This document shows positions 50,079-60,012 of a DNA stretch of 64,000 nucleotides, in pieces; position 1 is the first letter of the stretch; each line of letters opens with the position of its first letter. Location of the stretch: positions 186,001 through 250,000 of the forward strand of contig CATNEN010000030.1 of assembly GCA_950097015.1 (NCBI GenBank), in the 5' to 3' direction. Made by a program: the position numbers and the translations under genes. Origin of the DNA: Macrostomum hystrix. Taxonomy: Eukaryota; Animalia; Platyhelminthes. The notes beneath the pieces were generated by a model, which saw only the letters and a list, made by a program, of their open reading frames with translations, was not told the DNA's origin and did not search any database.

Positions 50079-50307
50079 CTCGACCTCCGGCTACGTCGCC
50101 GAGACAACACCTGTAACAGAGCCAACGGCACCTGCGACAGCAGCAGCAGCAGCAGCAGAACAGTCGCAGGTAGCCTTCACGATAGCTCTGCGAGCACACG
50201 GCGTAAATTAACGGGTTGAACACGCCTGACAAGGTGGTGCTCAGCTGAGCATACATCACTAGCGGCGGGCTGATGGACAGGTTGGCGTAGCGAAGTCCGG
50301 CTAGGAC
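50079..50307 (-). CDS. Prostanoid-receptor-like GPCR, exon 2 (TM7 NPLIY, helix 8, poly-Cys)
   Basis: Acceptor ttcaaactcag, phase 0; SGVFNPLIYAVCSQSYR; donor CGAG|gtgagt, phase 1. Confidence 0.85.
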
Positions 50308-50723
50308 CTGAGTTTGAACGGGTTATAGGATCGATGGTTGCTCAACCTGCTTGCATGTTAGCAGGGTTCGGTGGCAGATCGGTAACGCGTTTGCCTTCCG
50401 CACCAAGATCCCTAAGTTCGATTCCGTGGCGAGGCCACATTTATTTTGGGCGCAGCCGGGGAGAGAAGGCTTAGGGGCTTGTCATGCTATTTACGCCCTC
50501 GATGGCCAACCTCCAAGGCAAAGTGAAGTGTACACTGCCTGACGATAAGAAGTCAGGGCAGATGTACACACCTGTGTGAACGTGTGCCTGCGTACGTTGT
50601 CTGAGTGCGTGTGTGCTCAGGCGTCAGCGAAATGGGCAGAATTGCCTCCTCGCTGGCTGCGGGTCTTGTGTCGCTTAATGATGAGCCATCGCCATCCTGC
50701 AATTAATTTGTGTATTATATATA

Positions 50724-52499
50724 CGAGTTGTCCAAAAAGTAGTGATACTTTTGCTCGTACAGCCTTACTGCATGCTTGAAAATCAGCAAGTTTGGTGTTG
50801 TTGGAAAGCGAAAAATATCAGCTTTAATTTGACTGCAAACATTTAACAAAAACACAACCTATAACAAAGTTATGAATAGAAACACACAACAAGGTCAGCC
50901 ATAGAGTTACAATGAATTTATGCATGGTGTAACAGGTCAAGAAGTTTCGACAGTTAGTATGACTCATCATCATCAGGGAGGGAAGCTTTCTCGACATAAT
51001 TACCCCCCGATTGCACGCACTTCTCCCAGCGACGAAACAAGTGATCAATCGCATCTGCGTAGATCTGTCGCGGAATCACGTGCAAAAGTACTCTGCGGAC
51101 TTCCTGTTCCAGGTGATCACGGCTGACATGGACACGGCCCCTCAGGTGGCGCTTCAATTGAGGGAAAAGGGCAAAATCCGCAGGCGCGAGATCTGGCGAA
51201 TATGGCGGATGAGGCAGAAGGTCAAACTTTAGCTTTTTGATGGCCTCCATTGTTTGGTGGGCAGTGTGCGGCCGGGCGTTGTCATGATGCAGGATGACTG
51301 GCTTGACTCCCGAGCGCCGCTTATTTTGGATGTCTGCCTTCAGGCTTGCAAGGAGAGACGAATAACGGTCTGCGTTGATCATCGTATTCGGCTCCAGGAA
51401 GTCAATGGTGATTGGGCCATTACAGTCAAAGAAAACTGACAGCATGATTTTCTTACAGTGAGTTTCACGGCGAGCCTTGAGTGGTGGGTCGGAACCCTTA
51501 AGTGTCCACACTTTAGACTCTTGCTTTGTCGGCGGGTCAAAATGTGGAACCCACGTCTCGTCGCCAGTAACAATCAACTGGCGGAACTGATTCCAGCCAC
51601 CGCGTTGACTTACCAGATTCGGGTTCCCTTGGCATGTCTGCTGGCGCTGCAGTCGCATATCAGCAGTGAGGAGCTTTGGGACCCAGCGGGCGCTCAGCTT
51701 AACGAAGTTCATATTGGTCAGGCAGAGATGAACCGTTGATCGTGGCGTGTCGAGTCTGTCAGCAATCTCACGAACTGTCATTCTGCAGTCTTCTTCCAGC
51801 AGATCAAGAATCCGGTCAGCCAAAGCCTTTGAGCTTGGTGCAGATGGCCTTCCTGGCCTTGGCAAGTCAGCCAAATTTGTTCTTCCTGACTCAAATTGCT
51901 CGACCCATCTGTACACCGTCATGCGACTTACTGCTTCAGCTCCGTGAATGCTGCACAGATGATGGTAAATCTCCTGTCCACTTTTCCCAATACTCCATAG
52001 TGTGTGAATTGCGTGTCGCTGTCCTTCCTTTGAGCGCACGTCCATAACTGTCAGTTGAACAGAATCTGGTCTTGAAAAAGCAAGCACTTGTGAAAGAAAA
52101 ATGAGCTGGCAGTGCAGAAGCAGGCAGGCAGGCAGAAGCAAGCTGGCAGTGCAAAGAAGACTTACCACAGACAAAAAAGCAACTCTCGTACGCTCGTAAA
52201 ATGCTACCCCAGTATTTATTGGTTTACATTTATTGATTTGTTAAGCTCTAAAGCTTCATGAATCTTTGAGGCAGATAAAAACTCAACAAAGTCAACCATA
52301 CAGTATTTTTGTAAGTCTATGAGCAACCCTTGCTCAAATAGACAGTGATAACTTTTTTAAAAAACAACATATGAGGATGATTTTTTAGTCAAATTAAGGC
52401 TGATATTTTTCGCTTTCCAACAACACCAAACTTGCTGATTTTCAAGCATGCAGTAAGGCTATACGAGCAAAAGTATCACTACTTTTTGGACACCCCTCG
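50724..52499 (-). mobile_element. Full-length mariner (Tc1/mariner, DD34D) element with TA target-site duplication and ~111-113-bp TIRs, in a GPCR intron
   Basis: TA|CGAGTTGTCCAAAAAGTAGTG... (50724-50834) and ...CACTACTTTTTGGACACCCCTCG|TA (52387-52499) are inverted copies; the CGAGGGG terminus resembles irritans-type mariners such as Hsmar2 (from memory). Confidence 0.93.
50954..52045 (-). CDS. Mariner transposase, 363 aa, uninterrupted
   Basis: HTH N-terminus, WVPKLL, TGDETW, HDNARPH, YSPDLAPADF; 34 residues between the second and third Asp. Confidence 0.95.
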   Translation of the reverse strand: MDVRSKEGQRHAIHTLWSIGKSGQEIYHHLCSIHGAEAVSRMTVYRWVEQFESGRTNLADLPRPGRPSAPSSKALADRILDLLEEDCRMTVREIADRLDTPRSTVHLCLTNMNFVKLSARWVPKLLTADMRLQRQQTCQGNPNLVSQRGGWNQFRQLIVTGDETWVPHFDPPTKQESKVWTLKGSDPPLKARRETHCKKIMLSVFFDCNGPITIDFLEPNTMINADRYSSLLASLKADIQNKRRSGVKPVILHHDNARPHTAHQTMEAIKKLKFDLLPHPPYSPDLAPADFALFPQLKRHLRGRVHVSRDHLEQEVRRVLLHVIPRQIYADAIDHLFRRWEKCVQSGGNYVEKASLPDDDESY

Positions 52500-53762
52500 T
52501 ACTATTATATAATTATTGCTCAATCTGCATCATCGCAGACCTCATGGTTGCTCAATCTGCAAAATTAATCACAATCAGTTATTTTTATTCTAAGTTAAGC
52601 GGCGCCTTCTCGTGTTCTCGGTTCTTAAGTCGCAATAAGCTAGTAAAATGACCAGTCCCGCACAATGGGAGCATTAGCTCCTGTGTCCAGTCGCAGGCTC
52701 GTATGACCTCGGGGCTGGGGTGGGGCGGAGGGCGTGGAGAGGGCCGCCAAGTGCAAGCCTCTGAGTCTCCATGGCAACCGGGGTTACTCCTTCATCAGCT
52801 AGTCCAGTCAGTCAGCCAGTGAGTCCGGCTAACGAGCTCGAGACTCGCCAGCGACAGAAGGGCCTCTTGTGGGAGGCGGGCTTTGAGCACTGCTTCTAAG
52901 AGCTGTCCTTGACTGCCGCAGCCGCCGCCGCTACGGCCTCTGCCGCTGCTGCTAGTGCCGCATTGGCAAAGAAGTGGCCCCCAGTCAGTCTCCTTCTCAA
53001 ACCCTCAGTGAGGAGCAAAGAAGGCTTCGACTATGGGCCCAGCTGTGGGACTGCATTGTACAAGTACTCTCTGCCTCTCTCACCCTGCCTCTCACTCTCG
53101 CTCTGCCAGAAACGGATGGCCTGCATAGCTTGGCCTCCTATCAGCAAATTCGGACCCAAGTAGGGGAGCTCGAGCGGCCGACCCAGAGCCGATGCCCCCC
53201 GGCTGCCACTCTTGCCATCTCCTTTCCCCCTTGTCGCCGCTTCCCACCCACCCATATTCCCCAGCCTCTCAACCATAACATTACTCTACGTGGCTTGAGC
53301 AGCTCGACTTCTGCAGGAGCCTGTCTTTCCCCCTCCATCTCTTGCTCATTTTCGAGGATCAATCCGCAGCCAACCCCAGCTCAAACTGTCTAGCGCCGTG
53401 ACCCACGATCCGCCGCTCCCACAGCGTCGAAATGGGCGGCGAAGCCTTTCACAAAGCAATCAAATGAACTTCGCAGGCCTTGGCGATCAGATTACTGGGG
53501 GGAGGGATTATTGAGAAAGCGGCGGCTGTGGCCTTCAGTGACTGAGTCGACTTACTTTAGTCCAGCTGATGTCCCGCGAGACCGCCTATAAGCAGCTCTG
53601 AGCAAAGCTAGTGAATAAGTTGATGACATTACTGAGTTACCCAATAGGCAATGGACTGTAGCTTGCTAGTGAGTGCTAAGTGAATGAACAGACCGAATTG
53701 ATTTTGAAAAGAGGCATAGAGTGAGCTTATGTGTTCATGGCAGATAAAGTTGTGAGAAAAGT

Positions 53763-53982
53763 TCATGAGTTCATGACGGTACACATGAGTGAGTTCATGA
53801 GTGAGTTCATGAGTGAGTTCATGAGTGAGTTCATGAGTGAGTTCATGAGTGAGTTCATGAGCGAGTTCATGAGTGAATTCATGAGTGAGTTTATGAGTTC
53901 ATGAATGAGTTCATGAGTGAGTTCATGAGTGAGTTCATGAGTGAGTTCATGAGTGAGTTCATGAGTGAGTTCATGAGTGAGT
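53763..53982. repeat. 12-bp minisatellite (ATGAGTGAGTTC)n
   Basis: Period visible directly. Confidence 0.93.
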
Positions 53983-54375
53983 GGGTGAGTGCTCAAGCCG
54001 GCCCTCACCCAGTCCAGTGAAACGCGCCAAACACTTGTTTCGTGTTTAGAATGAGAAAATGGGAATTATTGCAATAAAAGAGACGTGTGCTCGCGCAGCC
54101 CCTTGGGATGCTCAGGCGGGCCCTCACGCTCGAGCGAGCTGGCCAGCTAGCAACTGGGTGGCCACCTGCTTCGATCGGCAGAGAACTGAATTCCCCGGAG
54201 GGATCCGCTTCGTTGGCGATGAGTTCGCTGTCTTCTGAGGCGCGACGGAGCACTCTGAGCGGATGTCATCTTTCATTTTACTTGCTGTGGCAAAAATCGA
54301 AATGAAAACTTTAATCTAATGCTTTCTGACTTTCGGCCTGTGTAACAAGGGTCTGAAGCTATTGAATGTCACTTC

Positions 54376-54542
54376 TCACTGACAGTCCTGTACTCAACAC
54401 TCACTGACAGTCCTGTACTCAGCACTCACTGACAGTCCTGTACTCAGCACTCACTGATAGTCCTGTACTCAGCACTCACTCACTGACAGTCCTGTACTCA
54501 GCACTTACTCACTGACAGTCCTGTACTCAGCACTCACTGACA
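54376..54542. repeat. 25/29-bp minisatellite (CACTGACAGTCCTGTACTCAGCACT)n abutting the GPCR exon 1 donor
   Basis: Period visible directly, ~6 copies. Confidence 0.92.
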
Positions 54543-54548
54543 GCTCAC

Positions 54549-55529
54549 CAGAGTGGGTATCCAGGTGCAGCAGAAGACGAGGCTGATAAGGGCGGTCACC
54601 CGCATGGTCTGGATGAAGCGGCCCATCTCCTGGTACTGCTCCTCCTCGATCAGCAGATCAGCCGCCGAGGCGCCCGGATCTTCCAGCTCGTCGGCCTTCT
54701 GTGCGGCGGCCTGCTTCCGCTGCCACAAGCAGATGATGACCAGATTGGTCCCCAGCACGGCCGCCACACACAGCCCGGTCAAGGAGGCGAACAACACAAA
54801 GAAGACGGTCTCTTTCAGGCTGGCCGGTCGGCGAGCGAGCCAGGAGACGCAGAAGCCGCTGATCAGCTCACCGTCCGGCCCGGAAGACTCCGCCACGGCG
54901 GACGGAGCGAAGCCGAGCAGCGGCAGCGTGGCGGTCAGCAGAGTCAGACAGAAGCAGGTGAGCAGCAGGCAGCCGAGGAGTACGCTGTTCCTCGTGTCCA
55001 CCGGAAGCGGCATCGGCTCCTGAAGCATCCGCTTGGCGCACCTGGCCCGATCCAGGACCAGCAGCACCACGATGAGCATCGAGGCCAGCTGGAGCCACAG
55101 CGCGGTCAGCTGGTGCAAGTTGCAAGCTCTGGCATCTCTCTGCCAGCTGCCGCGGATATAAGCAATAATCCATGGGGGCTCCGGCACCACCACAGACAGG
55201 ATGTCCGTGATGCTCAGCGCAGCCACAATCAAATCCAAGTTAGTTCGCTCCGCTGAAGTCTTGGCTCGAAACACAACCAAGGGAGGCAGGACATTGCCCA
55301 GCACCAGCAGCGCCTCAATCCCGATGGTCAGCAGGGCTGTGGCGTGCTGCAGCACGCGATGCTCCTCCGTTAGAGCCTCATGCGGCGTCTCTTCTAGTGG
55401 CATCGGCCTGTCGTAGATTTTTTCTCTGTCCGAGTCTTTTGAAAGTGGATTTCGATCCCAACTGACCCCCGGAGCAGGAGGAGATGCTAAAGAAGAACGA
55501 TTTGCGAACTTTGCTTGACCTAGCCCCAT
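54549..55529 (-). CDS. Class A GPCR, prostanoid-receptor-like, exon 1 (TM1-TM6)
   Basis: TM1 GN, TM2 LSITD, LDR, ECL2 FCVSW, TM5 Asn (GTNLV), CTWIP; intron right after TM6 as in prostanoid receptor genes; donor CTG|gtgagc, phase 0. Start ATG (55529) and subfamily are inferred. Confidence 0.8.
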
Positions 55530-56265
55530 AGAATGACTCTGAACTCCGCATTGGCTGACACTCAAAGCTTGCAGACTCTGCCAGCAAAGCATAACAGCCA
55601 ATCAGAATCTGTCAATAAAGAATTGTCAAACTATAACAATTCATTAATATAATCTATAATTAACATAATTAGGTAAATTAAGTGAATTCTAAAGGAGGAA
55701 TTTAGCGTAATCCAATTTGTCAAGAAAAAAATAGTTTAAAATAAAACATTCCCGTCCTTAGTACTGTTTACACACTAGCTATGTACACAGACAGCGGGTC
55801 GGAATCGATTTCTGCAAGAAGTCCAAATTGCCATCTGCCACCGCTACTCGTATGGTGACTTCTCCGCCACTCTGTCTCCGCCTTCGACTCGGACACTTCA
55901 AGGCAACCCAATCTCCAGGCCTAGGGGACTGGGCGCGGATCAATCAGCTAATTGCGTTCTGAACTTTTTCTGAGCAGAGAGATAAGAGACAGCGGCTGCA
56001 GCATTCAGCCGATTGCTAAATACCATCTTATTGTAACAATATGACAATGTGCCTGATCGCCGATTTCATAGAATTCACCACATCCAGATGTCTTTCTTTC
56101 ACTGATTGATTGATTTTCTAATCATCCGTCACTCATATTATCTGTCACTCCAAACATCTGTCACTCCAATCATCCGTCACTCCATTCATCTGTCACTCCA
56201 ATCATCCGTCACTCATATCATCTGTCGCTCCAATCATCCGTCACTCCATTCCTCTGTCACTTAAA

Positions 56266-57076
56266 TCCTCCGACAGAAGGATAGAGTGACAGAAGGATAG
56301 AGTGACAGAAGGATAGAGTGACAGAAGGATAGAGTGACAGAAGGATAGAGTGACAGAAGGACAGAGTGACAGAAGGATAGAGTGACAGAAGGATAGAGTG
56401 ACAGAAGGATAGAGTGACAGAAGGATAGAGTGACAGAAGGATAGAGTGACAGAAGGACAGAGTGACAGAAGGATAGAGTGACAGAAGGATAGAGTGACAG
56501 AAGGATAGAGTGACAGAAGGATAGAGTGACAGAAGGATAGAGTGACAGAAGGACAGAGTGACAGAAGGACAGAGTGACAGAAGGACAGAGTGACAGAAGG
56601 ACAGAGTGACAGAAGGATAGAGTGACAGAAGGACAGAGTGACAGAAGGACAGAGTGACAGAAGGACAGAGTGACAGAAGGACAGAGTGACAGAAGGACAG
56701 AGTGACAGAAGGACAGAGTGACAGAAGGACAGAGTGACAGAAGGACAGAGTGACAGAAGGACAGAGTGACAGAAGGACAGAGTGACAGAAGGACAGAGTG
56801 ACAGAAGGACAGAGTGACAGAAGGACAGAGTGACAGAAGGACAGAGTGACAGAAGGACAGAGTGACAGAAGGACAGAGTGACAGAAGGACAGAGTGACAG
56901 AAGGACAGAGTGACAGAAGGACAGAGTGACAGAAGGACAGAGTGACAGAAGGACAGAGTGACAGAAGGACAGAGTGACAGAAGGACAGAGTGACAGAAGG
57001 ACAGAGTGACAGAAGGACAGAGTGACAGAAGGACAGAGTGACAGAAGGACAGAGTGACAGAAGGACAGAGTGACAG
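56266..57076. repeat. 16-bp minisatellite (AGTGACAGAAGGAYAG)n, ~50 copies, preceded by a degenerate inverse-oriented relative (56120-56262)
   Basis: Period visible directly; GATAG variants at the left, GACAG variants at the right. Confidence 0.96.
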
Positions 57077-58341
57077 TGTATTCATCTGCCAGATCGGTCC
57101 GCAGAGGCAAGCGCGCGCATGCTGTGAATTGAAGCGGAGAATATTTCGTTTAGCCCGCCGAAAACCGTAGCACATCGTAGCTACTCTCTCAGCGACTCGG
57201 CGAGAGATTTTTTGTGCCCCCTCCGAGCCAAATTATGATCCTAATCCGTTTCCCAATTGGGATCTTGTCAAGGTCCGCGATGAAGCCAGTATACTCATGG
57301 GCCACAGTCTGTATAGAGGGAAACTAGAGTTTGGACGTAGGCTTTTCTAGCCGGCTCAGCCGAAGCCGAGTTAGCTATACCGAAACAGGCCGATATGACC
57401 CGGTTCCGCTTGCTGAAGGCGAGAGAAGATCCTTCAGTGTTATGGCCACTGGACAAGGCATTAGCGAGCGAACAAATTCAGCGTAAAAAGCTGCGCAGAT
57501 GAAGAGGCCACCTTGCCTTAGCGGAATCGCAGTAAACTCAATTTCCTCAGCTAAATGATCCGACAGAGGGGCTTTTGCTCGACTAGGCTTAGGCCTTTCT
57601 GATTCGATTTTATCTTCATCAAGAAATGCCGAAGCAGTTTGAGGCAGCAGAGGAGATAGAAGGTGTGTGTCTTTCTGTATCGCAATAACTGAAGACGATA
57701 CTGCTTACTGCTTGGTCTGTTTAGCTCTCTCGAGTAATAATTATACGAAATCGATCTAGATTTGGCTTCCGGTTTTAAATATCCCTGAGCTGGAATCCGC
57801 ATCGAAGCCACATTCATTTGCGGCACTGCTGCGGAGAGAAGGCTTGGGGGGCATTGCCTGAGAATCAAGATGTACACACCTGTGTGCGTGTGTGCTTCCA
57901 CAAAAGCTCTCACATTGCATCGAATACTTAAAATATGCTGCTTTTTCAGTGCTATCATTGCAATGTCATCTTACTTGGTCCTGTGACTGTTTGCAAAAAT
58001 CTCTGCGAACAGTTCTGCTTAGGAAAAAGACACGTTTGAGAAAAGTCTGTCGATTCAGAGATTGTTTACGACGATGACGAGTTTTGTGAGGCGATTGTGT
58101 TCGCTTAACTGTACATACCTTACAAAGCGTCACATGGAAGCACTGCCCACGCATTGGCACATCAATGCGCGCTTCTTATATCGTCATTCATCTAAAAATA
58201 GTATCGTCATTCACCTTACGAGCGTATATACTCGTAAGTCCAGATAAGCTCTTTTAATTGAGGTTCCAGGTTAGTAACAAGAAAAATTGCCTGCAATATA
58301 AACTAAAGCTGCATTTTCTAAACTGACTGATGGACCAGGTC

Positions 58342-58381
58342 ATGTTGAGTTTAATTCCACTGCTAGTTGCTACCCTCATCG
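58342..58381 (+). CDS. Signal-peptide exon of a small Cys-rich membrane protein
   Basis: MLSLIPLLVATLI-G; donor G|gtgagt, phase 1; matches the phase-1 acceptor at 59407 and gives ...LIGVVQA/SP. Confidence 0.65.
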
Positions 58382-58939
58382 GTGAGTTCTCTTACCTTTC
58401 TGAGCTTATACGAGATTGAGTCAAACTCAACTGCGGCAGAGCAGGGGTCATGAGTTCACGTAGAGAAGGCATATTTGTAAAATTTGCTGATCACGGCCAA
58501 TAATTACTCAATACAGAACTGTGCCTTCTGTGGAAGAAAGCACAGGCAACGTACTAGACTAAAGCATCATATGATGCTGCAGCACCTTGTGACAACCCTG
58601 TCTTGTCATGTGAGTCAGTTTACAATTCAGAAAGTAATGGAGTGCGGTTTTTCTCTTCTATTGTAAAAACTGTACAGCTAGCGCCTTCCAAAATTAGAAA
58701 TCTTGTGGAAGGGTTTTGCAGGAACGGCTATAAAAACTTGCTCCCTGAGTGTCGCGTTTTATGAAGACAAGTATTTGTGTAACCACTGATAGAACACAAC
58801 TGATTCACAACATTGAGCCCTAATGGAAAAGTTCCTAGTTCCACTGATTTTCATCTCGTTAAGCAGTAAGCATTTCCTATAATTAATATTTCGATTAAAT
58901 TATGTAATTATGAAATGACAAACTATTAATAAAAAGGCT

Positions 58940-59260
58940 CAGGGTTGTAGCCTAGTTGTTAGAGCGTCGGACTCACGACTAAAGGTCGGAGGTTCGATTC
59001 CTGACTCCAGTGAAAACATTTGTGTCATTCAGCAAGACACTTAATTCTGCAATGCATTAGTTCAAACTGCTATTAAAATTGTACCAGCATTAGCTGGGGT
59101 AACTGAGGGTGGGTGTGGCGTCCCCCCAGTCCATGGACTGAACAGACGTACGCAGCCTTCAGATGCAGCGTGATAACTGTGGCTGTGCTGTCGGCTGCAC
59201 ATCTGACCCAATAAGGGCTGATGTAATCATTTATTATTAATTATTATATTATATAAATGA
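58940..59260 (+). mobile_element. tRNA-derived SINE with a CORE/V-like central box and AT-rich tail
   Basis: A box TAGCCTAGTTG (58948), B box GGTTCGATTCC (58991), TGTGTCATTCAGCAAGACACTTAA (59021-59044), then a (TTA)-rich tail; cloverleaf stems are decayed. Confidence 0.65.
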
Positions 59261-59407
59261 AAATAACTAGTTAGGCCAGGTGAACAGCTAGCGGCACAGA
59301 CCCAGCTATTGTGCAACAAATGGGAAAGAAACTTTGTTCCAACCCACCTGTACTGACAACTAAAAGCAATCTAAACAAGTTTACAAAACCCAAAACTAAA
59401 ACTTCAG

Positions 59408-60012
59408 GAGTTGTTCAGGCGTCTCCTAGATCTGCCTGCCCTGGCCTAACCGGCCTGAGCTACTACGTGAGCACCGGCTGTCACCCGGCAAACTGTGACA
59501 CACCCGGACAATATCCGGGACCGTATTGTGTCTGCACGAGCTGCCCAGCTCATCCGGGTGACACGGCCAGCCAGTTCGACCGTGAGCTCTACCACTGCCT
59601 GGTCTATGGCCTTAACTTCTGTCCGAAGCCTGCACCGACAAGCGACAATTCGTCGAAAGCATTCGAGACTTCAACAAGACCACCGACTTCAAGCGCCACC
59701 GACTTTCAGTCGAGTTTCCAAACTGGCACTAGAGTCAATGGCACACCAGTGTCGCCGGTGTTATCAGTGGCAGTTGGGCATGGCTATGAGAGCTGGCTGG
59801 GACTGACCATCGGTCTGGTGGTCTTCCTGCTAGGCAGCGTCGGCCTCGCTATTTTGTGGCGGCTGAGCCGGCCGACACTGAAAGACTTCGGGAACGCCGA
59901 GGAAAATTCTGCTTTGAGACAGGAACCGTCGAACTTAAACAGCGAAGGTGGAACAGACAGGCACAGCTGTCTGGTTACTAGTAGCCCTCAGACTGCTGAA
60001 GTTAATGCTTAA
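59408..60012 (+). CDS. Small type I membrane protein (~214 aa): 8-Cys ectodomain, Ser/Thr/Pro stalk, TM helix, short tail
   Basis: Acceptor aaaacttcag; TM WLGLTIGLVVFLLGSVGLAILW followed by R; GC-rich exon in AT-rich context. Confidence 0.72.

Noticed and set aside
52046-52174. 43-aa N-terminal extension of the transposase in the ORF track
   Set aside because: It starts at a non-ATG codon; the ATG at 52045 gives a normal-length mariner transposase
52909-54305. GC-rich patches with short ORFs in GPCR intron 1 (e.g. MLRRASEDSELIANE...)
   Set aside because: Could be alternative exons or a regulatory island, but I could not build a consistent splice or phase model or find a motif
54802-54814. 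AAGACGGTCTCTT, resembling my recollection of the Macrostomum spliced-leader sequence
   Set aside because: Only 13 nt, antisense within a coding exon, with no SL RNA donor or Sm site
58940-59012. Functional tRNA-Val(CAC) gene
   Set aside because: Acceptor, anticodon and T stems do not pair properly, and the sequence continues into a SINE-like body
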